This document shows, one piece after another, positions 1 through 9,799 of a DNA stretch of 64,000 bases. The translations under genes and the position numbers were made by a program. Origin of the DNA: an uncultured bacterium (GTDB taxonomy: Bacteria; Planctomycetota; DG-23; CBDVDV01). Below the pieces are notes generated by a model. It was not told the origin of the DNA. It was given only the letters and a program-made list of their open reading frames with translations, and made no database searches. Each line of letters starts with the position of its first letter. Within the stretch, counting starts at the first letter, position 1. Location: assembly GCA_965372835.1 (NCBI GenBank), contig CBDVDV010000002.1:179-64178 (forward strand). The letters are read 5' to 3'.

Positions 1-722
1 TGGGCCGCATCTTCGGCACCCGCCGACGCATCGCCGACGAACTTCGGGCCAGACTTCCCAATACCGCCATCCTGGCCCTGGCTGCCGTGGTCCTGGCCAG
101 CCTGCTGGGCGTGACCACCGGGGTGGTCAGCGCCTACTGGCGGAACTCGGTGGTGGACGCGGGGTTTCGCCTGCTGACCTTCTTCTGCATCTCTGCGCCC
201 GTCTTTTGGTTTGGGCTGATGCTCATTGTGGTTTTCGCGCTGAAGTTGGGCTGGTTCCCGGCGGCGGGTTCCGACACCTGGGCGCACCTCATCTTGCCGG
301 CCCTGGCCCTGGGACTGCGCCCGGCGGCCTTCATCGCCCGGGTGACCCGAAGCACCATGCTCGACGCCCTGGGGGAGAACTACATCCTCACGGCCCGGGC
401 CAAGGGGCTCTCGGAGCGGGTCGTGGTGCTGAAGCATGCGCTGCGCAACGTGGCCCTTCCCGTGGTCACGGTCATCGGCGGCGACCTGGGCAGCCTGATG
501 GGTGGCACCGTCATCACTGAGACCGTCTTCGGCTTCGTCGGCCTGGGTGCGTTCGCCTTGGACGCCATCCTCAACCGCTGGTACTCAGCCATCATGGCCG
601 TAGCCATGCTCTGGGCCGTCATCTTTGTGCTCGTCAACCTGGTGGTGGACCTGCTCTACGTGGTGCTTGACCCACGGGTGAGGCTGGCCGGGTCCATCGG
701 ATCCGCAGGAGAGGAAACGTGA
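1..722 (+). CDS. ABC transporter permease (DppB/OppB family), 5' end outside window
   Basis: Frame-3 ORF open from window edge to TGA at 720-722. Multi-TM protein with the EAA-like segment ILTARAKGLSERVVVLKHALRNV and a DppB-type C-terminus. Confidence 0.8.
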   Translation, partial: GRIFGTRRRIADELRARLPNTAILALAAVVLASLLGVTTGVVSAYWRNSVVDAGFRLLTFFCISAPVFWFGLMLIVVFALKLGWFPAAGSDTWAHLILPALALGLRPAAFIARVTRSTMLDALGENYILTARAKGLSERVVVLKHALRNVALPVVTVIGGDLGSLMGGTVITETVFGFVGLGAFALDAILNRWYSAIMAVAMLWAVIFVLVNLVVDLLYVVLDPRVRLAGSIGSAGEET

Positions 723-723
723 G

Positions 724-1563
724 GTGGAGGTGTTTCGACGAGTGTTTCGTCGGCCGTTGGCTGCGGTGAGCCTGGGTGTGCTTCTGGTCATCGTGGCGGT
801 AGCGGTGTTAGCGCCCTGGCTGGCCCCCTATGGCATCACCGCCGACGAGGCCGACCTCACCCAGCGCTGGCAGCGCCCCTCCTCGGAGCACCTCTTCGGG
901 ACCGACGGCCGGGGGGTAGACGTCTTGAGCCGGGTCGTCCACGGAACGCGCATCTCGCTCGGCATCGGCCTTTCGGCCAGCGCCGTCACCGTACTCATCG
1001 CCCTGACCGTGGGTGTGGTCGCCGGCTACTGGGGCGGGTGGGTGGACATGGTGCTGATGCGGGTTATCGACATGGTGTTAGCGTTCCCCGCCCTTCTCCT
1101 GGCCATCATCCTGGCCGCGGTCTTTCGCCAGGGGCTCTTCAGTGTGTTCCTAGCGTTGGCCCTGGTGAGTTGGGCCGGGGCGGCGAGGCTGGTCCGGGCG
1201 ATGGTGCTGAGCCTCCGGGAGCGGGAGTTCGTGCAAGGGGCCCTGGCCCTGGGGGCCCGGCACCTTCGGGTTATCGTCTGCCACATCCTGCCCAACGCCG
1301 CCAGCACGGTCATCGTCCTCTTCACCATGCGCATCGGAAGCATGATCTTAGCCGAGGCCAGCCTGAACTTCTTAGGGCTGGGGGCGGGGCCGGGGAGCGC
1401 CAGTTGGGGGCAGATGGTGGACGAGGGACGGGACTCGCTCGACCTCTACTGGTGGCTGTCGCTTTTCCCCGCCTCCGCCATCGCCCTGACCGTCCTCTCG
1501 CTGAACCTGTTAGGTGACGCTCTCCGCGATGCCCTCGACCCCCGCCTCCGCTTCACCGACTGA
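724..1563 (+). CDS. ABC transporter permease (DppC/OppC family)
   Basis: GTG start 1 nt after the upstream stop. 279 aa with N-terminal TM, periplasmic loop and permease core (LSLREREFVQGALALGA). Confidence 0.8.
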   Translation: MEVFRRVFRRPLAAVSLGVLLVIVAVAVLAPWLAPYGITADEADLTQRWQRPSSEHLFGTDGRGVDVLSRVVHGTRISLGIGLSASAVTVLIALTVGVVAGYWGGWVDMVLMRVIDMVLAFPALLLAIILAAVFRQGLFSVFLALALVSWAGAARLVRAMVLSLREREFVQGALALGARHLRVIVCHILPNAASTVIVLFTMRIGSMILAEASLNFLGLGAGPGSASWGQMVDEGRDSLDLYWWLSLFPASAIALTVLSLNLLGDALRDALDPRLRFTD

Positions 1564-1664
1564 GCCCGGTGGCGATGTGAGTTTTGCTTTTCTCCCCACT
1601 CGATCTGGGTTACACTGGCTGACGGGATTCACGCCTATCCAAGGTCATAAAAGGGGCCGGAGCG

Positions 1665-3086
1665 ATGAAACGATGGGGAGCAGTGGCTTTGGCGGTGGCG
1701 GTGCTGGGGCTGATGGTGGCTGCGGGAAACAACGGGGGCTGCGAGCACTTCAACCGCATGGGCATCTCACCCGACGGCAACACCGTCGCCTTCAGCCTGA
1801 ACGACGAGGGCGGCTTCGCTGTCGATGACTCGTCAGCCCTCTACAAACTGGACCTCACCACCTGCCAACTCACCCGGGTCAGCGGGGACAAGCCCCTGGC
1901 CACCTGGGCCGACATCAACGGCGAGGGCGACATCCTCTTCACCTGGCGTTCTGACGACACGGGCGACTGCGCCGAGGTGGCCGTGGCCCGGGCCGACGGC
2001 GAGGTCGAGGACCTGACCCGCAACCGCATTTCCGACGTCGTCCCCCAGTGGCTGGATGGGGAGCGCGTGCTTCTGGCCACGACGAAACCCTTGCCTGGGG
2101 AGGATGACGAGTTCGAGGTCGTGCTCACCATCCTGGAGGAGGGGAAGGGCCGCGAACTCGTGCACGAGTTCTACGCCGAGTCCAAGGAACGCGCCTACTG
2201 GAGTTCCCTGCCCGTCTGGTCAGGCAACGTGCTTGCTTATGCTGCCTTGGAAACCGAGGAGCCCCACGACGGCACACCAATCTCCCTTCAGGACGAGGAT
2301 GTGGCGGAGGATCACAGGGGGTACGTGCACATCTACCTGGTGCACCTCGAGAATGGCGAGCGTCGGGAACTGGCTGTGTTCACGGGTGCTTTTGAGGGGG
2401 CCGGGGAGGAAGGCGACGGCATGGCTGGTTACGTCGACCTGGCGTTCTCTCCCGACGGGAGGAAGTTGGCTGCCTGCTTTCTCCCCAGCGATTTCGACGA
2501 GGACCAGCACCGGTCCTGGCTCTACCTCATCGACGTGGAGACTGGCGAGAGCGAACTCGTCAAGGACGACGTCAACATGTACTACCCCCGCTTCGCCCCG
2601 AAGGGGGAGGGTGAGGCCTATCGATTGCTTTACCTCTCGGGAACTGGTGAGGAAGGTGAGGGCCGGAGCCTCCACATCCTCAACCTGGAAACCGGCGTGA
2701 GCCGGAAGGTCATCAGCCTGCCGGGCAAAATCATGACCGCCTACACCGACTGGCGCTGGCTGTGCGAACTTGAAGGTGCTGGCGAGAGTACGCCGAGGGA
2801 TCGGTTGAGGGTCTATCACCTGAGCGACCTGGGGCTCATCATCGCCGAAGTGAACGCCGACGGCTCCGACTTGATCATCCGGTACTTGGACGGGACCAAA
2901 CTTCGCCGGGCGCAACTCGTCGCCGACCTTCGCTGGGCCAAGGAGAGGTTCGAAGAAGTGGTTGGGGGAAGTTACGAGGCTTGGAAAGAGGCGGTAGAGA
3001 GATTGGCCGAGTTCGGCGAGCAGGAAGTGGAGTTCGTCACCGTGGAGGCGGTACCTCGTCCCAGCGAAGAGGGCGAACAGGAATGA
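1665..3086 (+). CDS. hypothetical lipoprotein with PD40/TolB-like beta-propeller repeats and acidic C-terminus
   Basis: ATG with upstream AAAAGGGG. Signal peptide then Cys (AAGNNGGC). Repeated SPDG motifs (GISPDGNTVAF, AFSPDGRKLA). Confidence 0.5.
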   Translation: MKRWGAVALAVAVLGLMVAAGNNGGCEHFNRMGISPDGNTVAFSLNDEGGFAVDDSSALYKLDLTTCQLTRVSGDKPLATWADINGEGDILFTWRSDDTGDCAEVAVARADGEVEDLTRNRISDVVPQWLDGERVLLATTKPLPGEDDEFEVVLTILEEGKGRELVHEFYAESKERAYWSSLPVWSGNVLAYAALETEEPHDGTPISLQDEDVAEDHRGYVHIYLVHLENGERRELAVFTGAFEGAGEEGDGMAGYVDLAFSPDGRKLAACFLPSDFDEDQHRSWLYLIDVETGESELVKDDVNMYYPRFAPKGEGEAYRLLYLSGTGEEGEGRSLHILNLETGVSRKVISLPGKIMTAYTDWRWLCELEGAGESTPRDRLRVYHLSDLGLIIAEVNADGSDLIIRYLDGTKLRRAQLVADLRWAKERFEEVVGGSYEAWKEAVERLAEFGEQEVEFVTVEAVPRPSEEGEQE

Positions 3087-4102
3087 AGTGGGTGCTCTGG
3101 GCCTTCGTCGGCGTGGTGGCGCTGAGCGCGGCTGTGGCCGGGGAGGACGCGCAGTCGTCCCTCCCGCCAGCAGAGAGCGGACCAGCAGCCACCGAGACCA
3201 CACCCGCTGAACTGACGCCCTATCAGCAGTTGCTCGTGGCTCGTGCCCCCTTGCTGTTTGAGGTGCGGATGCTCAGGGCCCGTCGGCGCGTCTTTGAGGT
3301 CGCCTCCGACCCGGAGAAGGGAGCGCAGTTGGAGCGGGACATCAAGACCGAGTTCGCCAAGGTCGTCGCCCTCTACGAGGGGTACCTCAAGGAGCACCCG
3401 GACGAGGCCCGCGCCCACTACGACCTGGGCACGCTGTACTACAAGGAAGGGCAGGACGACGCCCGGGCCCGAGCCCTCTGGCTGCGCACCATCGAACTCG
3501 ACCCGCGCTTCGACCTGGCCCATAACTCCCTGGCCGTCCACTACGCGGACTCGGCCGAGCACGAGAAAGCCCTGCTCCACATCTCTACCGCCCTGAGACT
3601 CAACCCCGACGTGGCCATGTACCACTTCAACGCCGCCACCTTCCACTTCAACTTCCGCACCACGGTGACAAAGGTATTCGGCTGGGACCTGCGGCGGGCC
3701 TGGCAGGAAGCGACCTCCGAGTACAAGGAGGCCATGCGCTTGGCCCCGAGCAACTACGTCTTTGCTCGCGACTACGCGCAGTCCTACTACTCTGCCTGCC
3801 ACTTCCAGGTGGAGCCTGATTACGTCGAGGCCCGGCGGGTCTGGGAGCACTCCCTCCCGCTTGCCCGCAGCGCGTCCGAGCGGGTAATGGTGCTGACCAA
3901 CCTGGCCCGGGTCTCCTGCTTCGCCGACGACCCCGACGCCGCCCGGGACTACCTAAAGCGGGCCCTCACCCTCAGGCCCAACAACCCCATCGCCCTCCAC
4001 CTCCAGCGCAAGGTCGAAAAGGGCGAACTCATTACGCCACCCTCTGCGTTCGGCGCGGGGCCGAAGCCGGCGACAGCCTCGAGGCGGCGAGGACAGCCGT
4101 AG
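3083..4102 (+). CDS. secreted TPR-repeat protein
   Basis: ATGA overlap with the upstream stop. Signal peptide MKWVLWAFVGVVALSAAVAG. TPR-like helices (AHYDLGTLYYKEGQDDARARALW..IELDPRF). Confidence 0.55.
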   Translation: MKWVLWAFVGVVALSAAVAGEDAQSSLPPAESGPAATETTPAELTPYQQLLVARAPLLFEVRMLRARRRVFEVASDPEKGAQLERDIKTEFAKVVALYEGYLKEHPDEARAHYDLGTLYYKEGQDDARARALWLRTIELDPRFDLAHNSLAVHYADSAEHEKALLHISTALRLNPDVAMYHFNAATFHFNFRTTVTKVFGWDLRRAWQEATSEYKEAMRLAPSNYVFARDYAQSYYSACHFQVEPDYVEARRVWEHSLPLARSASERVMVLTNLARVSCFADDPDAARDYLKRALTLRPNNPIALHLQRKVEKGELITPPSAFGAGPKPATASRRRGQP

Positions 4103-4230
4103 GCGCAGCAGGGGGTAGCGACATGCCCAACGACAGAACCCTCCGGAGGATTGAGCGGGAGATGGAGGAGAGGTGGATTGGTCGCGTTGTCCGTTTTCCT
4201 CTCAAAGGGCTGGAAGAGGGGGATTGGTAT

Positions 4231-4259
4231 TTGCGCCGCGGCCCGTGGGCGGCTATAAT
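4231..4259 (+). promoter_or_regulatory. sigma70-like promoter for the tRNA-tuf array (TTGCGC-17-TATAAT)
   Basis: Perfect -10 TATAAT at 4254-4259, -35 TTGCGC at 4231-4236, 17-nt spacer, ~20 nt upstream of the first tRNA. Confidence 0.5.
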
Positions 4260-4279
4260 TGTGGTGTTTGGGGATTCTT

Positions 4280-4354
4280 GCTAGGGTAGCTCAATGGCAG
4301 AGCCCCCGCCTTGTAAGCGGGCTGTTGCGAGTTCGAATCTCGCCCCTAGCTCCA
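4280..4354 (+). tRNA. tRNA-Thr (anticodon TGT)
   Basis: Manual cloverleaf: acceptor GCTAGGG/CCCTAGC, anticodon loop CTTGTAA, T-loop TTCGAAT, CCA encoded. Confidence 0.85.
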
Positions 4355-4441
4355 GGAGAGGTGGCTCAGCGGGACCGGCGAGAGGGGCGTTGACGCGTGG
4401 TCCCGGTGGTGCTACACTCGGTGGGTTGGTGGTTGTGTGGT

Positions 4442-4526
4442 GGGGAGATACCCAAGTGGTCAAAGGGAGCAGACTGTAAATCTGTTGGCATCGCCTTCGG
4501 GGGTTCGAATCCCTCTCTCCCCACCA
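4442..4526 (+). tRNA. tRNA-Tyr (anticodon GTA), long variable arm
   Basis: Anticodon arm CAGACTGTAAATCTG identical to bacterial tRNA-Tyr. T-loop TTCGAAT, CCA encoded. Confidence 0.85.
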
Positions 4527-4590
4527 GTCGAGGTCGCCGAAGGCGACGGCGCCGCGCGTTGCACGCTGCGTATCCGAAAGTATGCGGGAG

Positions 4591-4664
4591 GCGGGCGTAG
4601 CTCAAAGGTAGAGCCCTGGCCTTCCAAGCCAGTCGTGAGGGTTCGATTCCCTTCGCCCGCTCCA
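4591..4664 (+). tRNA. tRNA-Gly (anticodon TCC)
   Basis: Acceptor GCGGGCG/CGCCCGC, anticodon loop CTTCCAA, T-loop TTCGATT, CCA encoded. Confidence 0.85.
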
Positions 4665-4693
4665 GATTTTTGTATTTTCCCTCATTTTTTGCC

Positions 4694-4723
4694 TTGACTG
4701 GGGAGCCCTGGGAATCGTATCAT
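4694..4723 (+). promoter_or_regulatory. candidate internal promoter (TTGACT-18-TATCAT) ahead of tRNA-Thr(GGT)-tuf
   Basis: Hexamers read directly in the T-rich spacer after tRNA-Gly. Confidence 0.3.
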
Positions 4724-4778
4724 GCGGGTTTGTAGGGAATCCCTTCTCTTGCAACGCTCAGTAGGTCAGGCAGTAGTG

Positions 4779-4853
4779 GCTGCTGTAGCTCAGTGGTAGA
4801 GCGCTTCCTTGGTAAGGAAGAGGTCATGGGTTCGACCCCCATCAGCAGCTCCA
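4779..4853 (+). tRNA. tRNA-Thr (anticodon GGT)
   Basis: Acceptor GCTGCTG/CAGCAGC, anticodon loop TTGGTAA, T-arm ATGGG-TTCGACC-CCCAT, CCA encoded. Confidence 0.85.
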
Positions 4854-4901
4854 TGGTAGCCCGACGTCGTTCCGGACGTAACGGAAGGAGGAGGCCGACG
4901 G

Positions 4902-6101
4902 ATGGCCAAACAGAAGTTTGAGCGGACCAAGCCGCACATGAACATCGGCACCATTGGTCACGTGGACCACGGCAAGACGACGCTGACCAGCGCCATCACC
5001 TTGAACTTGGCCACCCGTGGGTTGGCTAAGGAGCGGTCCTTCGACTCCATTGACAACGCCCCGGAGGAACGGGAGCGCGGGCTGACCATTCAGGTGGCCC
5101 ACGTGGAGTACGAGACCGAGAAGCGCCACTACGCCCACATCGACTGTCCGGGCCACGCTGACTACATCAAGAACATGATTACCGGAGCGGCGCAGATGGA
5201 CGGAGCCGTTCTGGTGGTGGCCGCGGACGATGGTCCCATGCCCCAGACCCGAGAGCACATCCTCCTGGCCCGTCAGGTGGGCTTGCCCGCCTTGGTGGTG
5301 TTCCTCAACAAGGTGGACCTGGTGGACGACGAGGAGCTTCTGGAGTTGGTGGAGATGGAAGTGCGGGAACTGCTGAGCCGCTACGAGTTCCCCGGAGACG
5401 ACGTGCCCATCATCCGCGGCAGTGCCCTCAAGGCGATGCAGGACCCTTCCGGGGAGCCTGAGGACCCCAACGTGAAGTGCATCTTTGAGTTGATGCAGGC
5501 GGTGGACGATTACTTTCCGGAGCCGGTGCGCGACGTGGACCGGCCATTCCTGATGCCGGTGGAGGACGTGTTCTCCATCAAGGGTCGAGGGACGGTGGGC
5601 ACGGGCCGGGTCGAGCGCGGTCAGCTCCGGGTTGGCGACGAGGTGGACATTGTGGGTCTGGCTGAGACCAGGACCACGGTGGCCACGGGCGTCGAGATGT
5701 TCAACAAGACCCTGGAAGACGGCATGGCGGGTGACAACATCGGTGTGCTGTTGCGGGGGGTGGAGAAGGAGGAGTTGGAGCGGGGCATGGTGCTGGCCGC
5801 ACCGGGGTCGATCACACCCCACACCCGGTTCCGTGGACAGGTGTACGTGCTGAGCGCGGACGAGGGAGGTCGTCACACGCCCTTCTTCACCGGCTACCGG
5901 CCGCAGTTTTACTTCCGGACCACGGACGTGACCGGGTCGGTGACGCTGCCTGACGGTGTGGAGATGGTGATGCCGGGCGACAATGTGGAACTTGAGGTGC
6001 AGTTGATCAAGCCCATCGCCCTGGAAGAGGCGGTGCGGTTTGCCATCCGCGAGGGCGGCCACACGGTGGGAGCGGGCCTGGTCACCAAGGTGCTGGAATA
6101 G
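4902..6101 (+). CDS. tuf: elongation factor Tu
   Basis: 399 aa. [10 protein letters not shown]-loop, [12 protein letters not shown] motifs. GGAGGAGG RBS. Confidence 0.97.
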   Translation: MAKQKFERTKPHMNIGTIGHVDHGKTTLTSAITLNLATRGLAKERSFDSIDNAPEERERGLTIQVAHVEYETEKRHYAHIDCPGHADYIKNMITGAAQMDGAVLVVAADDGPMPQTREHILLARQVGLPALVVFLNKVDLVDDEELLELVEMEVRELLSRYEFPGDDVPIIRGSALKAMQDPSGEPEDPNVKCIFELMQAVDDYFPEPVRDVDRPFLMPVEDVFSIKGRGTVGTGRVERGQLRVGDEVDIVGLAETRTTVATGVEMFNKTLEDGMAGDNIGVLLRGVEKEELERGMVLAAPGSITPHTRFRGQVYVLSADEGGRHTPFFTGYRPQFYFRTTDVTGSVTLPDGVEMVMPGDNVELEVQLIKPIALEEAVRFAIREGGHTVGAGLVTKVLE

Positions 6102-6118
6102 GCGGCCACGCACCGAGA

Positions 6119-6143
6119 AAGCCCGGTTTTGCCAGCCGGGCTT
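6119..6143 (+). terminator. hairpin (AAGCCCGG-loop-CCGGGCTT) between tuf and rpmG; possible attenuator
   Basis: 8-bp perfect inverted repeat 18 nt after the tuf stop. Weak U-tract. Confidence 0.3.
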
Positions 6144-6179
6144 CTCTGGTTGGTGCTGTGACGGTGTGCGGGGACGGGG

Positions 6180-6329
6180 ATGCGAGAATACGTGACTTTG
6201 CAGTGCGGCGAATGCGCCAGGTACAACTACCGGACCTCCTTCAATACCACGGGGGGCAAGCGGATATCGCTGAGCAAGTTCTGTCGTTTTTGCCGAAAGC
6301 ACACCGTGCACAAGAGTCGTCGTCGGTAG
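6180..6329 (+). CDS. rpmG: 50S ribosomal protein L33 (zinc-ribbon type)
   Basis: 49-aa ORF not in the track (below 60 aa): MREYVTLQCGECARYNYRTSFNTTGGKRISLSKFCRFCRKHTVHKSRRR with CxxC..CxxC. Canonical position between tuf and tRNA-Trp/secE. Confidence 0.8.
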   Translation: MREYVTLQCGECARYNYRTSFNTTGGKRISLSKFCRFCRKHTVHKSRRR

Positions 6330-6351
6330 TCCTGTCGTCTGTGTGTCGGGG

Positions 6352-6428
6352 AGGCCTGTAGCTCTAATTGGTAGAGCGCCGGACTCCAAATCCGGTGGTT
6401 GGGGGTTCGAATCCCTCCAGGCCTGCCA
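6352..6428 (+). tRNA. tRNA-Trp (anticodon CCA)
   Basis: Acceptor AGGCCTG/CAGGCCT, anticodon loop CTCCAAA, T-loop TTCGAAT, CCA encoded. Confidence 0.85.
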
Positions 6429-6518
6429 GTTCCACGCGAGTCCTGAAACACCGGGACCTGAGCCTCTGACCATCGGGTCCGTAGGGGTGGACATCCCGTA
6501 GTCTTTGCCACCGGGTGA

Positions 6519-6917
6519 GTGATGCCTTGGCAGTGGTATAAGCGAAACCAGGGACGCAAGGTGCGCTTGGCCGCGGTCGTGGCCCTGGCGCTGCTCGCCA
6601 TCCTGGCGGCGGGGGAGGCCTATATCGGGTTGGCCAACCCCGAGCGGTACTCTCCTCAGGTACGGCTGGGCGTTCCCGTGGTCGTGCTGGCGGTGCTTGT
6701 CGGTGCGGGGCTCTATCTGCTGAACCGGCCCCGGGTGGCGGACTTCCTTATTGAGACCCAGAGCGAGTTGGACAAGGTCTCCTGGCCCAGCAGGCAGCAG
6801 GTGCTGGGGTCCACGGGAGCGGTGCTGTTGCTGGTGCTTATGGTGGGTGTGTACCTGTACGGGGCGGACGCGGTGGTGGACTGGGTGTTTCGGGACGTAC
6901 TTCACATTTTTCGCTGA
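6519..6917 (+). CDS. secE: preprotein translocase subunit SecE (3-TM form)
   Basis: C-terminal FLIETQSELDKVSWPSRQQV..TM segment typical of SecE. Upstream of nusG. Confidence 0.85.
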   Translation: MMPWQWYKRNQGRKVRLAAVVALALLAILAAGEAYIGLANPERYSPQVRLGVPVVVLAVLVGAGLYLLNRPRVADFLIETQSELDKVSWPSRQQVLGSTGAVLLLVLMVGVYLYGADAVVDWVFRDVLHIFR

Positions 6918-6975
6918 GGGCGGTCCTGGCGGCGGTTCCCCAGCGGGGTCGTCCGCGGGTGAGGGTGCGACGGAT

Positions 6976-7530
6976 ATGACCACCTCCTGGTACGTGCTTC
7001 GTTGTCAGAGTGGGCGGGAAGACCAGGCCAGAGAAAGCCTGCTGAAGCAGGCCCGCCTCCGGGGTCTGGAGGACCGGGTGGCTGAGGTGGTCATCCCCAC
7101 CCAGAGTTTCACCGAGATGAAGGGCGGGGTCCGTCGAGTGGTCGAGCGCAAGACTTATCCGGGCTACCTGATGGTGGAACTGGCCGTGGAGGAGGAAACG
7201 GGCACGGTCGATGAGGACACCTGGTACCTCATCCGCGAGAGCCCGGGCATCGGAGACTTTGTCGGTCCCGGCCGTCAGCCCGTTCCCATGCGGCCCCACG
7301 AGGTGGAGCGCATGCTGGGCGAGGCCGCGGAGCCCGAGGGCGTCGAACCCCGACTTCACATCGAGTTCAGGGAAGGCGACGCCGTCCGCATCAAGGAAGG
7401 CCCCTTCGAAAACTTCGACGGGGTGGTCGAGGATGTCATCGCCGCCAAAGGGCTGGTGCGTGTGGTGGTGACCATCTTCGGGCGACCGACACCGGTGGAA
7501 CTGGAGTACTGGCAGGTCGAGGCCTCCTGA
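6976..7530 (+). CDS. nusG: transcription termination/antitermination factor NusG
   Basis: MTTSWYVLRCQSGRE N-terminus (NGN) and KOW C-terminus. The track ORF's N-terminal extension overlaps secE, so the ATG at 6976 was chosen. Confidence 0.9.
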   Translation: MTTSWYVLRCQSGREDQARESLLKQARLRGLEDRVAEVVIPTQSFTEMKGGVRRVVERKTYPGYLMVELAVEEETGTVDEDTWYLIRESPGIGDFVGPGRQPVPMRPHEVERMLGEAAEPEGVEPRLHIEFREGDAVRIKEGPFENFDGVVEDVIAAKGLVRVVVTIFGRPTPVELEYWQVEAS

Positions 7531-7571
7531 GCGGGGCCGCTCTGCCACACCTCAGGGAAGGATAGCTGTCG

Positions 7572-8000
7572 ATGGCGAAAGAGATATTGACCAAGATCAG
7601 ATTGCAGGTGCCGGGGGCACAGGCGACCCCGGCTCCACCGGTGGGTCCGGCCCTGGGACAGCAAGGCGTGGCTATCCCCGAGTTCATCAGCCGATTCAAC
7701 GAAGCCACCAAGGACCAGCCGGGCGTTCTCACCCCGGTGGTCATTACCGTTTACGCCGATCGCAGCTTCGACTTCGTCACCAAGAGTCCGCCGGCCTCGG
7801 TGCTACTGAAGCAGGCCGCCGGGCTGGCCAAGAGCGCCCAGGAGCCGGGTCGGGAGACCGTAGGCACGGTCACCCGGTCACAGGTGGAGCAAATCGCCCG
7901 CACCAAGATGGCCGATCTGAACGCCTCCAGCCCAGAGGCGGCTGGGCGCATCATCGCCGGCACCGCCCGCAGCATGGGCTTGGAGATCGTGGACGACTGA
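7572..8000 (+). CDS. rplK: 50S ribosomal protein L11
   Basis: 142 aa, [12 protein letters not shown] motif. Confidence 0.95.
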   Translation: MAKEILTKIRLQVPGAQATPAPPVGPALGQQGVAIPEFISRFNEATKDQPGVLTPVVITVYADRSFDFVTKSPPASVLLKQAAGLAKSAQEPGRETVGTVTRSQVEQIARTKMADLNASSPEAAGRIIAGTARSMGLEIVDD

Positions 8001-8026
8001 GAGGGCAAGGGGAAAGACAGCCCGTC

Positions 8027-8710
8027 ATGGCAAAGCCGAGCAAGCGTTACCAGCAGATGGTGGCCCTGGTGGACCGCCGACGACTCCACTCGGTGACCGA
8101 GGCCACGGAAGTGCTCAAGGAAGTGTCTCAGGCGCGGTTCGATGAGACCTTTGAACTGACGCTGTGTCTGGGCATCGACCCTCGACAGACCGACCAGCAG
8201 GTGCGCGGCTCGGCCAGCCTGCCCCACGGTACGGGAAAGCGCCGGCGGGTGGTTGTCTTCTGTGAGGCCGAGGACGTCCAGCAGGCGCTGGAGTTGGGTG
8301 CGGTGGCCGCTGGGAGCGACGACCTCATCGAGCGCATCCAGGGTGGGTGGCTGGACTTTGACGTGATCATCGCGGTCCCCAGCCTGATGCCCCGGGTGGG
8401 TCGGCTGGGTCGGTTGCTGGGGCCGAAGGGGCTTATGCCTTCACCCCGTACCGGTACGGTGACCAGCGATATGACTCAGGCTGTGGTCGAGTTCCAGGGT
8501 GGTCGAGTGGAGTACCGGGCTGATAGTGGTGGCGTCCTCCACGTCCCCGTGGGCAAGGTGAGTTTCCCCACGGCCCACATCGTGGAGAACGTCGAAGCCC
8601 TGCTGGAACAGGTGAGGACGGCGAGACCGGCAACGGCCAAAGGCCGCTTCATCCGCAAGGCCTTCCTGTCGACCACCATGGGACCGGCGCTGGCGCTGTC
8701 CGTGGAGTGA
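8027..8710 (+). CDS. rplA: 50S ribosomal protein L1
   Basis: 227 aa, L1 family sequence. Confidence 0.95.
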   Translation: MAKPSKRYQQMVALVDRRRLHSVTEATEVLKEVSQARFDETFELTLCLGIDPRQTDQQVRGSASLPHGTGKRRRVVVFCEAEDVQQALELGAVAAGSDDLIERIQGGWLDFDVIIAVPSLMPRVGRLGRLLGPKGLMPSPRTGTVTSDMTQAVVEFQGGRVEYRADSGGVLHVPVGKVSFPTAHIVENVEALLEQVRTARPATAKGRFIRKAFLSTTMGPALALSVE

Positions 8711-8725
8711 GGAGCGGACCAAGGC

Positions 8726-9244
8726 ATGTCGAAGCGGCTGAAAGAACTGATGGTCGATGAACTCCGCCGGCAGTACGAGGGGGTGGAGAACTGCCTGGTG
8801 GTGGACGTGCACCGGACCCCGGGAGAAGAGTCCGTGGCCCTGCGCCGCTACCTACTGGAGCGGGGGGTCGAGTTGCGGGCGGTCAAGAACTCCGTGGCCG
8901 CCAGGGCACTCACCGAACTGGGCATGGGTGAGATCCAACGCTATCTCCGGGGGCCCTGTGCCCTGGCCTCGGGCGGCGAGGGTCTCCTGAGCCTGGCTCG
9001 GGCCCTGATGGAATGCGCCCGGAAACACCCGACGGTGGAACTTCGCGGTGGCATCTGCGCCGGTCGGGCGGTGGATGCCAGGCGAGTGCAGGAACTGGCG
9101 GAGATCGGTTCGCTGGAGGCCCTGCGGGCGGTCGTCCTACGAGCGCTGCAGGCGCCCCTGCGGCAGATGGTCGGTACCGTGGCCGCTCCTTTGAGCGGGC
9201 TGGCCAACGTCCTGAGGCAGGCGGCCGAGCGGGGCGGAGAGTAA
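8726..9244 (+). CDS. rplJ: 50S ribosomal protein L10
   Basis: 172 aa, between rplA and rplL. Confidence 0.9.
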   Translation: MSKRLKELMVDELRRQYEGVENCLVVDVHRTPGEESVALRRYLLERGVELRAVKNSVAARALTELGMGEIQRYLRGPCALASGGEGLLSLARALMECARKHPTVELRGGICAGRAVDARRVQELAEIGSLEALRAVVLRALQAPLRQMVGTVAAPLSGLANVLRQAAERGGE

Positions 9245-9282
9245 CCACTTCCTTACGGACACCTGGGGTATGGGAGAAGGTC

Positions 9283-9756
9283 ATGAGCGAGACGGAAAAG
9301 GTTAGCGAGGACACCGAGCAGACGACGGCCGGGGAGAAACAGGAGGAAGAGAAGGTGAGTAAGGCGAGTGAGCCCAGCGACCAGGTCAAGGAGGTGCTCG
9401 ACCTGGTCAAACAGTTGACCGTGCTGGACCTGGCCGACTTGGTCAAGGCCCTGGAGGATGCCTTCGGAGTGTCGGCCGCGGCCCCGGTGGCGATGGTGGC
9501 CGCAGCACAAGCCCCGGCCGCGGCGGCCGAGGCCGAGGAAAAGAGCACTTTCGACGTGGTGCTGACCAACGTCGGTGACAGCAGGGTGCCGGTGATCAAG
9601 GCCATCCGGGTGGCTACCAGTCTGAGCCTGAGGGAAGCCAAGGAACTGGTGGACAAGGGGCCCGGTGTGGTCATCAGGTCCGACGTAGCCAAGGAGGAGG
9701 CCGAAGCGCTTAAGGGTCAGTTGGAAGAGGCCGGGGCTACGGTCGAGTTGACTTAG
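9283..9756 (+). CDS. rplL: 50S ribosomal protein L7/L12 with ~30-aa acidic N-terminal extension
   Basis: C-terminal domain [42 protein letters not shown] 9283 chosen (the track ORF extension overlaps rplJ). Confidence 0.9.
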   Translation: MSETEKVSEDTEQTTAGEKQEEEKVSKASEPSDQVKEVLDLVKQLTVLDLADLVKALEDAFGVSAAAPVAMVAAAQAPAAAAEAEEKSTFDVVLTNVGDSRVPVIKAIRVATSLSLREAKELVDKGPGVVIRSDVAKEEAEALKGQLEEAGATVELT

Positions 9757-9799
9757 TCCCGCGAGAACTCCATCCAGTCTCATCCTGGTGAGGGGTGAA

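Noticed and set aside
2981-3082. N-terminal extension of the TPR ORF overlapping the PD40 lipoprotein gene
   Set aside because: The internal ATG at 3083 gives an ATGA-coupled start followed by a typical signal peptide; the extension would overlap the upstream gene by ~100 nt
4842-6983. 713-aa minus-strand ORF covering tuf-rpmG-tRNA-secE
   Set aside because: Antisense to well-supported genes and tRNAs; composition typical of high-GC shadow ORFs (R/G/P/H-rich); no RBS
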